This document shows positions 1-7,620 of a DNA stretch of 17,479 nt, one piece after another. The position numbers and the translations under genes are program-made. Within the stretch, counting starts at the first letter, position 1. The number at the start of each line of letters is the position of its first letter. The DNA comes from an uncultured archaeon (GTDB lineage: Archaea > Asgardarchaeota > Thorarchaeia > Thorarchaeales > Thorarchaeaceae), in contig CAZPWM010000066.1 in assembly GCA_964590575.1 (NCBI GenBank), positions 1 to 17,479 of the forward strand, read 5' to 3'. Below the pieces are notes generated by a model. That model ran no database searches and was not told where the DNA came from. It saw only the letters and a list, made by a program, of their open reading frames with translations.

Positions 1-2
1 AT

Positions 3-275
3 TTCTGGGGAAGAAAAGGTATGCTTTGTGAGATTGAGCATTCTCTAGAGTCTATGACTAACTCGGATGTGAAGTGTGCACAACAGAACCGAAATATTCC
101 ATCAATAAGCCAAGATCCAATTCTCAATAAGCAGAATGAAATCATGTTGAAGCAGAAGAGAAAGGGAGAGCTTGAAGCTTTCAAGGCATTTGGATATCCT
201 CTCGTGGAATTGAAGAAGCTATATATCAGATACCTCAAAACAAAATCCAGCGAGTACGATGTGAAACTGATATAA
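3..275 (+). CDS. Hypothetical protein, probably 5'-truncated by the window edge
   Basis: The frame of ORF 21..275 is open back to position 3 (FWGRKG before the Met). It is co-oriented with the downstream genes. No family recognised. Confidence 0.55.
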   Translation, partial: FWGRKGMLCEIEHSLESMTNSDVKCAQQNRNIPSISQDPILNKQNEIMLKQKRKGELEAFKAFGYPLVELKKLYIRYLKTKSSEYDVKLI

Positions 276-306
276 AGCACGATGTGCTCAATCCCAGTGA
301 GGAGTA
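269..306 (+). promoter_or_regulatory. Putative TATA box (ATATAAAG, 270-277) and Shine-Dalgarno (GAGGAG, 299-304) for the 312 gene
   Basis: AT-rich box about 35-40 nt before TTG312; GAGGAG ends 7 nt before the start codon. Confidence 0.45.
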
Positions 307-311
307 TCTAA

Positions 312-992
312 TTGACAGACAAGGAAAAGATGCTTGAATTATTGGATGAGTTCAAGAACTCAATTGTCAAATTGATGGATGAAAGGGAGAAACTCGACAG
401 TGAAGCTGAGGAACTCCGAACTGCAAGAAGAGAAGCTGAAGAAAAAGTATGGGTTGTAGACGAACAGGTCAAAGAGCTTACAGCCAAACTCGAGAAAGCT
501 GAAACAGCCAGAGACAAGGTAAAAGCAGATCTATCTGTAGCTAAGGAAGAAGTGTCGAGTTTGAGTGCTAAAGCTCAGGAGGCTGAAGCTGGTAAAAGCG
601 AGGCACAGGAAGCTCTACAACGAGAGCGTGACGAACTGCGAAGAGAGATGGATGAGATCAACGAACAACTTGGAAGGGTCTCTGAACTCTATCGTGAAGC
701 ATCTGCAGAAAAGGAAGCTCTGCAGGAGAAAGTTGACGTCAGTGATCTGCTTGCAATCTACATCACTCTGATTGAAACTGTCTTCTACGGTAAACCGCAT
801 GCTAGGATTCTATATACACTCCATGATGTGAAAACTGCAATAACTAGGAAGAATATTGCATCTAGCACTGGAATCCAACCAGCAGTAGTCCTCAAAGCAG
901 TGCATGATTTGAAAGCTGCTGATCTTGTTTCATATGATGATGAATCAGAAGAAGTCATGCTCACCAAGGACGTTCTTATCAAATCCCGATAA
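312..992 (+). CDS. Long coiled-coil protein with C-terminal winged helix-turn-helix
   Basis: Residues ~1-140 are E/K/A-rich with heptad character. The C-terminus PHARILYTLH...ITRKNIASSTGIQPAVVLKAVHDLKAADLVSYD fits a wHTH pattern. TTG start with SD. Confidence 0.8.
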   Translation: MTDKEKMLELLDEFKNSIVKLMDEREKLDSEAEELRTARREAEEKVWVVDEQVKELTAKLEKAETARDKVKADLSVAKEEVSSLSAKAQEAEAGKSEAQEALQRERDELRREMDEINEQLGRVSELYREASAEKEALQEKVDVSDLLAIYITLIETVFYGKPHARILYTLHDVKTAITRKNIASSTGIQPAVVLKAVHDLKAADLVSYDDESEEVMLTKDVLIKSR

Positions 993-1016
993 CTCAGCTA
1001 AAGAGAGAGAAAGCTA

Positions 1017-2021
1017 TTGTCCAGAAAACCAGACATTGGGTCGGCATTACAAAAACATGTGAGAAAATACACGCTAAACGATAAGCTCCGCTCAATAACT
1101 GAGCTCCTAGGAGAAGACGCTCAAAATGTCATTGACTGGGCCTACGATGAAGCAAAGCGTTTGATTGCGGAAAACCCACGCGAAAAAGAGTCTGATTTAG
1201 GAAGGATTGTCTACGAGCTTATTGGGAGTGAAGCTGCAATAATTCTAGTCAAGGAAAATCATGCAAAAGGAAGAATGACTACAAAGAATGAAGTCAAATC
1301 TAGAACTGGGTTAAGGGAGGAAATGCCGGTTTTATATCGAGATGCAGGATTGAGGCATCCTCAAGAGGCGAGGAATCTCAGACACAACCTATTCCATGAA
1401 GCATTTCATGCACTCATCATGCATCTATTCCCAGATGTCAATACAAGTGTCCCGTCCACTGGAGAAGGACTAACACCTGATCTTATGGTAGAACATAAGG
1501 ATCCGGATTGGTTGATATCTGTAGAATACAAAGGGTATCGATCTATTACGCTTCTCAGTGAGTCAGAGGTACTGAAAGGAATGCGCTATCAAGCAGCTTA
1601 TGGAACTGCATGGTTGGTAACAACTTCAACAAAGAGCGTCAAGGACATTTATCGAAAAACAGTTCAATCAAAAGAATTGGTTGAAGTTGGTCTTGCTAGA
1701 CTTAAACGAATCTATAAACGTCGGGCATATACCAATGAACAAAGAGAGAATCGAGGAATTGCAAAAAAAGGAATTTCTCATCTTGAGAAGCAAAGCGACC
1801 TTAATATGAAATCCAAGCTCTGGTCAGCAGAGGAACTTTTGGAATCAATGAAGGAAGGAAAACCTGTTAAAGGACTCGTCATCACAACTGGCTTTGAATT
1901 TATTGAGCTACTGAAAAGCGCTGGGCTCTATGAAGAAGCTGACAATGTACTTAGAGTCATGAAACTCCCGACCTCCATACTTCATAGTGATAAAGTGACT
2001 TCAGTCAGATTAATTGAGTGA
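1017..2021 (+). CDS. PD-(D/E)XK restriction-endonuclease-like fold protein
   Basis: Motif TPDLMV...LISVEYKG (PD...ExK), followed by a helix and AWLVTT strand; 334-aa ORF. Confidence 0.7.
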   Translation: MSRKPDIGSALQKHVRKYTLNDKLRSITELLGEDAQNVIDWAYDEAKRLIAENPREKESDLGRIVYELIGSEAAIILVKENHAKGRMTTKNEVKSRTGLREEMPVLYRDAGLRHPQEARNLRHNLFHEAFHALIMHLFPDVNTSVPSTGEGLTPDLMVEHKDPDWLISVEYKGYRSITLLSESEVLKGMRYQAAYGTAWLVTTSTKSVKDIYRKTVQSKELVEVGLARLKRIYKRRAYTNEQRENRGIAKKGISHLEKQSDLNMKSKLWSAEELLESMKEGKPVKGLVITTGFEFIELLKSAGLYEEADNVLRVMKLPTSILHSDKVTSVRLIE

Positions 2022-2140
2022 TTTTAGCTGTTGAAGTAAGAAAATCGGTCAAGCTCCCAAGCTTTATCAATAGATTCCGTAATTTTCAAAATGACCCTGC
2101 TGGGAAATGGGTCGTATCCTATTAAAAGGGAGCGTAAGAC

Positions 2141-2533
2141 TTGGAAGGCCAAAACGTCATGAAACTACAGGAGACCCTTAGTAATCTCCTAAAGGAACTC
2201 TCAAATAAGTCGCCAATTCTTGGTGCAGCTATTTTTTCAATTGAAGGATTACCATTTGTAAGTAGATTTCATGGTGGGACTGAGGAGGCATCAATAGCCG
2301 CCATTGTCGCAGCTATTCACGCAGCAGGAGACCAAACAGTAAAAGAGCTTAGACAGGGAGAACTCAAATCTATCATCATTCAGGGAGATCTAGGAGCGAC
2401 GGTCGTAATCGCAATATCAACTGATTACCTTCTCACAGTTACAGCCCCTGAAAACGCCAAACTTGGCCTTATCTTCAGCGATGCTAAGAAGACAGCTAGA
2501 GAGGCAGGAAAAATACTTTATCGGGCAATCTGA
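2141..2533 (+). CDS. Roadblock/LC7 (MglB/LAMTOR-like) domain protein
   Basis: ILGAAIFSIEGLPF...IAAIVAAI...ELRQGELKSIIIQGDLG...AKLGLI is the classic roadblock pattern. GGGAG precedes TTG2141; alternative start ATG2159. Confidence 0.9.
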   Translation: MEGQNVMKLQETLSNLLKELSNKSPILGAAIFSIEGLPFVSRFHGGTEEASIAAIVAAIHAAGDQTVKELRQGELKSIIIQGDLGATVVIAISTDYLLTVTAPENAKLGLIFSDAKKTAREAGKILYRAI

Positions 2534-2538
2534 AAACA

Positions 2539-3369
2539 ATGGCAATTATTAGTGAATATCCTTTTAGATACCACCCTTGTTACTCAAACAATCGTAGTTT
2601 ACTCTGGCATAGAATTCATCTCCCTGTAGCACGAGTTTGCAATGTTAAATGCTCATTCTGTTCACATTCAGTTGGATCTTCATGTCACACATCAAAACCA
2701 GGAGTTTCTAGACAGGTAATGACACCAGAGGATGCAGTGGATAGAACAATAATTGAAATCGAGAAGAACCCAAATCTCAGGATTGTCGCAATTTCAGGGC
2801 CTGGTGAACCTTTAGCAAACCCAGAAACATTCGAAACACTAGAATTAATCCGAAGGAAATTCAAAGATGTCGCAATCTGTTTAAGCACCAATGGAACGTT
2901 GCTTGAAGACAATATCATGTGGTTGAGAAAAACACATGTTGAAACAATTACGGTCTCTATGAGTACTGCAAACATCTCTACAGCTTCAGAGATCTATGAA
3001 TGGGCTAGATTTGAAAATAGTGTTCTCAAGAACGAAGAGATGGGTTCAAGAATTGTGGATTCACAACTAAGAGGAATCTCCAAGGCATCTAAAGCGGGTA
3101 TTCATGTTAAGGTCAACTCGATTCTAATACCAGAGGTTAACATGCAGGATATCATACCATTAGCGCATGAGATTCAAAAAGCTGGAGCGGCACTGCAGAA
3201 CATTGTGCCGCTTGTGCCCTATGATAGGTACGCATCTCTTAGAGCACCAACCATCCAAGAACTATCTGATATTCGCAAAAAGGCATCAACCTTCATGAAG
3301 CAGTTTCTACACTGCAAACAGTGCAGAAGTGATGTTGTAGGAATCCCTGGATATGATAGAATTCTTTAG
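2539..3369 (+). CDS. Stand-alone NifB-like radical SAM protein (divergent; no NifX-like domain)
   Basis: HPC, RIHLPVA, CNVKCSFC (CX3CX2C), SGPGEPLAN, CLSTNG, VKVNSILIP and C-terminal HCKQCRSDVVG all correspond to NifB-family motifs. Confidence 0.85.
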   Translation: MAIISEYPFRYHPCYSNNRSLLWHRIHLPVARVCNVKCSFCSHSVGSSCHTSKPGVSRQVMTPEDAVDRTIIEIEKNPNLRIVAISGPGEPLANPETFETLELIRRKFKDVAICLSTNGTLLEDNIMWLRKTHVETITVSMSTANISTASEIYEWARFENSVLKNEEMGSRIVDSQLRGISKASKAGIHVKVNSILIPEVNMQDIIPLAHEIQKAGAALQNIVPLVPYDRYASLRAPTIQELSDIRKKASTFMKQFLHCKQCRSDVVGIPGYDRIL

Positions 3370-4193
3370 TAGAATTTCTTAACAGAAAGGCACCCGACTT
3401 CAACCAATTTATTGATCAGGAACCAAAGAGCCCGAGGATCATAAGGAAGAGATTCTGCAACATCCTTGACTTTCATCGTGCCATCAAATTTCTCAAGGAT
3501 GTCCTCCAATGGTCTTCCATATTGATTCTTCAATTTGCTGAGAGTTATCTCTGGACAATCAGATCTAACAAGTACATCCTCATCAGTGATACGTGTCTTG
3601 AAATCTATCCAGTGATACTTGTCAAGTATCGAAATCAGAGCTAGAGCCTTATCATCGGTGAAACCAATAAGGTCCATGATTTCTGCAACAGTCCGCTTTC
3701 CATTGATGAAGGATTCGAGCTGTTCTAATGCATGGTCAACAGCACCCACCCTGAACGGAATTCGAACGCCCGTCTTCTTCTGGATAGGTACAAGATCCAA
3801 ATCTATTGAGGAGAATGGAAACTCCTTCACGATGTCTAGTGCAAACTCTCTGAAACGACGAATATCACCTTCAAAGTGTCTCAGCTTATCGCCATGCTCA
3901 CTCTCAACTTGGTCGAGAATACGTCTTAGTTTTTCACGATATGGTGCTTCATCTGGCACTGGATCAACAACAAGAAGAACTAGTACTGTTTCACCAACCT
4001 CGATGATTATGTCATAAGCAGCCTTCCTGATGGTCCTTATTGGAGTCTTAGCAAAGATGATGACTGCAGTAACAAAACCAGCAATCAAATCAGGATCAAC
4101 TGTGAGTTCAGCATACGGAATGTTCAGTACAGATTCTCCACCCTCCATTCGGATAAGGGAAATATATCTTACTTTGGAAACATCCAATGCCAT
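3366..4193 (-). CDS. Longin domain + two winged-helix domains (NPRL2/NPR2-like architecture), paralog A
   Basis: N-terminal VRYISLIRMEGG...DPDLIAGFVTAV longin-type signature; two wHTH units (FINGKRTVAEI; FDGTMKVKDV). SD GGAGGT at 4201-4206 on the minus strand. Confidence 0.75.
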   Translation of the reverse strand: MALDVSKVRYISLIRMEGGESVLNIPYAELTVDPDLIAGFVTAVIIFAKTPIRTIRKAAYDIIIEVGETVLVLLVVDPVPDEAPYREKLRRILDQVESEHGDKLRHFEGDIRRFREFALDIVKEFPFSSIDLDLVPIQKKTGVRIPFRVGAVDHALEQLESFINGKRTVAEIMDLIGFTDDKALALISILDKYHWIDFKTRITDEDVLVRSDCPEITLSKLKNQYGRPLEDILEKFDGTMKVKDVAESLPYDPRALWFLINKLVEVGCLSVKKFY

Positions 4194-4196
4194 TCA

Positions 4197-5072
4197 TCAG
4201 ACCTCCTTGTTCCCGTCAGTCGCTGGGGGTGTGTCGACGTAACCCAACACACCAGCATCAATAAGGCGATTAGCCACAGTTTTGATTACCTCTATATTAA
4301 ATGGAAGAAGTTCGCAAATCTTTGACAATGTTCTTGTACCATCACACTGGTCAACAAGTTTGGTCAGTTGATCTCCATAAACACCAACAAGAAACTTTGG
4401 AGGATCGATGATTTTTGTTAAGATTGAGCTATCTTCAAGACGTCTGGTCAATGTTATCCATTTGTATTTGTCTAACATCGACATGATTGCCATTATTTCA
4501 GAGTCTTCAAACTCAGACTGCTGCATAATCTCTTCAATAGTACGTTTTCCATTGATATATCCAAGAACAATCTGCAGTTTCTCATCAGTCCCACCGACAC
4601 TCCAAGGAATATTGGCGTGATGGTCAGGATTTGCTTCGGATTTTGAAACTAATCTAGGTATCATTTTAAGATCGAAAGTTCTGTATGGATACACTTGAAG
4701 AATATCCAATGCATACTCACGGAATGGCCGAATATCGCCCTTCCAAGCTGTAAGCTGTTGTTCATAACTTTTCTCAAATTTCTCAACAATCTTAATCAGG
4801 TTATTTCGATATGGTTCGTCATTTTCAACCTTGTCAACGATGAGTAGACCTACTACATGCGCACCTTCTTCAATAACTACAACATATCCCTCTTTTACGA
4901 ATGTCTTTAGCTGTCTGTTCTCGAATATAATCACAGCAAGAACGAAACTAGCTACTAAATCAGGGTCAACTGACATAGTTCTATAGGTTATACCAATGAT
5001 AGGTTCTCCCCCTTCTTTTCGAACAAGAGAGAGATAGCGGACTTCCGCTGCCAAATCAGCTGTTTCGTTCAC
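4197..5072 (-). CDS. Longin domain + two winged-helix domains (NPRL2/NPR2-like architecture), paralog B
   Basis: Colinear with paralog A (VRYLSLVRKEGG, VDPDLVASFVLAV, PYR, GDIRPFRE, YINGKRTIEEI, LDKYKWI, CDGTRTLSKI). GTG start; ends 3 nt before paralog A. Confidence 0.75.
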   Translation of the reverse strand: MNETADLAAEVRYLSLVRKEGGEPIIGITYRTMSVDPDLVASFVLAVIIFENRQLKTFVKEGYVVVIEEGAHVVGLLIVDKVENDEPYRNNLIKIVEKFEKSYEQQLTAWKGDIRPFREYALDILQVYPYRTFDLKMIPRLVSKSEANPDHHANIPWSVGGTDEKLQIVLGYINGKRTIEEIMQQSEFEDSEIMAIMSMLDKYKWITLTRRLEDSSILTKIIDPPKFLVGVYGDQLTKLVDQCDGTRTLSKICELLPFNIEVIKTVANRLIDAGVLGYVDTPPATDGNKEV

Positions 5073-5107
5073 AATCAGAGGATAACTTGCTGCCCTAAAT
5101 AACCTTG

Positions 5108-6001
5108 TTAGAAGAAATCCATTATGCCACTCTGTGTTACCATGGTAATATCTCCATCACTATCTAAGCTATATCCAATAACCTGTTTCAGATTAGCTAC
5201 GGTATAGGCGCTTCCAATTCTAGTGACAAGGAGGGAACCTTTCATTCCAACAACGTCCCCCACCAGTGGTCTTTGGTCTATTGGATCAGACCTCTTCCGC
5301 CAGGGGGTTGGTTTAACATCTAAAACTGGAAGCGAATAGTGCTTGGACAGATCTTCTAGTGCAACATGGGTTCCAACCTCAATACTCTCGATTCCAACAA
5401 TGAAATCATTAACGATTGACTCCGCAACCCCAATCTCTAGAGATTCCTGAAGACTCTTTATCTTCCGCTCTCCTCGAACTACCTTAGTAATGTTGGATTT
5501 TTTGCCAAGTCGATCCTCTAACCGTCTAGCCTTTCGTCCCCCAGTAATAATCTGAACTATACCACCAAAGTCTGCGCCTTGTTCAATCCACCGAAGACGG
5601 ACCCTATTCTTGGATGAAACTCCAATTTTCAACGTTGAATCATTGAAGACAACCACATACAATGCATAGTCTGACATATCACATTGTATCTTTCTTGCTT
5701 CAGTCGCTCCGCAGATTCGACCATCGCAACGAATGCACGGATCATAATAATCCACAGCAGAACATGGACCACAACGCGTTCCTTGACCAAGAATAGTAGT
5801 ATCCTCAGGGCATTTGACCAACTTGCCTGTCGAGTCAATATTCCCAACACAGCGTTTTGGTCCACTAAAGAACCAATTTAGATGTTTACCCGGAGTTATT
5901 GGCAAGAAGTCGACATTATCAAATCCGTCCCTCCAGACACGAAGCCCAGACTCATAGGTTTCATCTTTGGAAATTCTCCACGCAACATCCACAACCTGCA
6001 A
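5108..6001 (-). CDS. DUF2797-family Cys-rich protein with C-terminal PIP box
   Basis: Cys cluster (RCVG, KCP, CGPC, CIRC, ICG, QCD) followed by YVV...LKIGVS...RWIEQGA, as recalled for DUF2797; ends QSGIMDFF. Confidence 0.75.
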   Translation of the reverse strand: MQVVDVAWRISKDETYESGLRVWRDGFDNVDFLPITPGKHLNWFFSGPKRCVGNIDSTGKLVKCPEDTTILGQGTRCGPCSAVDYYDPCIRCDGRICGATEARKIQCDMSDYALYVVVFNDSTLKIGVSSKNRVRLRWIEQGADFGGIVQIITGGRKARRLEDRLGKKSNITKVVRGERKIKSLQESLEIGVAESIVNDFIVGIESIEVGTHVALEDLSKHYSLPVLDVKPTPWRKRSDPIDQRPLVGDVVGMKGSLLVTRIGSAYTVANLKQVIGYSLDSDGDITMVTQSGIMDFF

Positions 6002-6011
6002 CTTTTTGACC

Positions 6012-7058
6012 TCAAAAACGTTTGAATTGTCCCTTACCTCGAATCATCCATTGAACTCCAGCAATGTTCAAATCATTCTGGCATTGTGGGCATCGACCAT
6101 CCTTGTTTAGGTTATTCATATCGAGATAGACTGAATATCGTTCAATTGCTTTAAAGCCGCACTTTGGGCAGTAAGTGTTCTCATAGTCATGACCAGCAAT
6201 ATTACCTGAATAGACATAGACCAGACCCGCCTTTTTTGCAGCAGCAATATGAGTTTCAAGAGTTTTTGCAGATGTACGTGGTAGATGCGTCATCTTGTAT
6301 GCGGGAGCAAACGCAGTAAGATGAAACGGTGTTTGTTCTCCAAGATTCTCAACAACCCATTCTGCCAAAATGCGTGAGTCCTCTATAGAGTCCCCAACCT
6401 CAGGTATGATGAGATTTGTGATCTCGATGAATATACCCTTTTCTTTCATCATGAGCATCGCGTCAAATATTGGCTCAACTTTTGGAACAGACATCAACTC
6501 TTTGTAGAACTTCTTATTTGCACTTCCCTTGAAGTTGACAGAAGCTGCATCAAGATAAGGAGCAATGTAGTCAATTGCTTCCTGAGTCATATATCCATTC
6601 GTTACGAATGTATTAAACATCCCTTTGTTATGTGCTATCTCCGCTGTGTCGTGTGCCAGTTCCATGAAGATGGTTGGTTCAGTGTATGTATATGTTATTC
6701 CTGAGCAGTCATATTTCTGTGCTAGAATCACAATCTCCTCAGGGTTCAGTTTTTGACCTACAGGCGATTCTCGATGTGCAGAGTGATAGTTTAGACAGAA
6801 TTGACACCGGAAATTACACGATGAAGTACTTATTGAGAACGCGCTACTCCCAGGGGCAAAATGAAACAAAGGCTTCTTTTCAATTGGATCAGGAGCCATC
6901 CCATCAATTAAGCCGTAGACTGTGGAGTAGAGTTTTCCATCCTTTACAGTTCGAACTCGACAGAATCCAGTTTCACCTTCATGTATTACACATCGTCTAG
7001 CGCATAGGTCACAACGAATTCCACTCTTCAGTTTTGTATACAGTGCAGCCTCTCTCAT
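6012..7058 (-). CDS. amrS: AmmeMemoRadiSam system radical SAM enzyme (PflA-like)
   Basis: CDLCARRC...GFCRVR, DPIEKKPLFHF, CNFRCQFCLN, YTYTEPTIF, VTNGY and C-terminal YVYSGN...NTYCPKC...CPQC. The true start is probably ATG7058 (MREAALY) or ATG7070, not 7178, which overlaps the divergent gene. Confidence 0.88.
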   Translation of the reverse strand: MREAALYTKLKSGIRCDLCARRCVIHEGETGFCRVRTVKDGKLYSTVYGLIDGMAPDPIEKKPLFHFAPGSSAFSISTSSCNFRCQFCLNYHSAHRESPVGQKLNPEEIVILAQKYDCSGITYTYTEPTIFMELAHDTAEIAHNKGMFNTFVTNGYMTQEAIDYIAPYLDAASVNFKGSANKKFYKELMSVPKVEPIFDAMLMMKEKGIFIEITNLIIPEVGDSIEDSRILAEWVVENLGEQTPFHLTAFAPAYKMTHLPRTSAKTLETHIAAAKKAGLVYVYSGNIAGHDYENTYCPKCGFKAIERYSVYLDMNNLNKDGRCPQCQNDLNIAGVQWMIRGKGQFKRF

Positions 7059-7165
7059 CTCAAGATGCATGTAAATCGGGTTCTTATGCCTCTTACGGTG
7101 TAGCGGGGCGTGTTTAGTAGTCATTGTTAAAAGGAAAAGTTGCGGATTGGGAAATGGTTTAGCAA

Positions 7166-7612
7166 ATGCCAGTTCCAAAGGAGCTAGAACGGATAGGAGG
7201 TCTATTCAGGCTTGCATCTGAGAGGAATAGGCCGTTTCTTGATCGATGTTCCGAAACAAAATATCTAGCAGTAAGAGATTACAGCAGTGCAACAAGTAAA
7301 GCTTTCGAACTTGCAAGGCAAACTTTGAAGGAAGCTAATTCGGAACTAACCAATCGAGCCGATTGTAAGAAGCTTCTTGGTACCGTGCAAAGAGCTGTAG
7401 AGTCAGGACAGTTGGACACAAGTGTAATCTACGCTCTAGAAAATCTCAGGTCCAAATATCTCGAGAAGGTACTTAGTCCAGCAGTGAAATCATATCTCGA
7501 AGATGATGGACTAAAACTCACTCAGATTGATTTACTCTATAATGACGCCTTAAGAATTGAAGGACTTCTTGAAGTGGTTCAGTTTCTCAAGAAAGTTGAA
7601 CCCGTGATTTAA
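7166..7612 (+). CDS. Hypothetical all-alpha protein
   Basis: 148-aa ATG-started ORF filling the gap between amrS and the convergent 7621 gene; normal composition. Confidence 0.7.
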   Translation: MPVPKELERIGGLFRLASERNRPFLDRCSETKYLAVRDYSSATSKAFELARQTLKEANSELTNRADCKKLLGTVQRAVESGQLDTSVIYALENLRSKYLEKVLSPAVKSYLEDDGLKLTQIDLLYNDALRIEGLLEVVQFLKKVEPVI

Positions 7613-7620
7613 CTATTCAT

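Noticed and set aside
3-275. Nuclease call from the LCEIEHS motif
   Set aside because: The gene is truncated and a single short motif is insufficient.
312-992. ESCRT-III/CdvB or SMC assignment for the coiled-coil proteins (also 7621..9060)
   Set aside because: No recognisable Snf7 core, Walker A/B motifs or hinge.
2091-2115. Hairpin ATGACCC/GGGTCGT upstream of the roadblock gene
   Set aside because: A 7-bp stem with an 11-nt loop and no T tract; it cannot be distinguished from chance.
2539-3369. Evidence for nitrogen fixation, or assigning the gene symbol nifB
   Set aside because: Several fingerprint motifs deviate and no structural nif genes are visible.
7059-7178. N-terminal extensions of amrS (to 7178) and of the transglutaminase (9033-9173)
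   Set aside because: They overlap divergent genes and promoter regions; family-like sequence begins at downstream ATGs.
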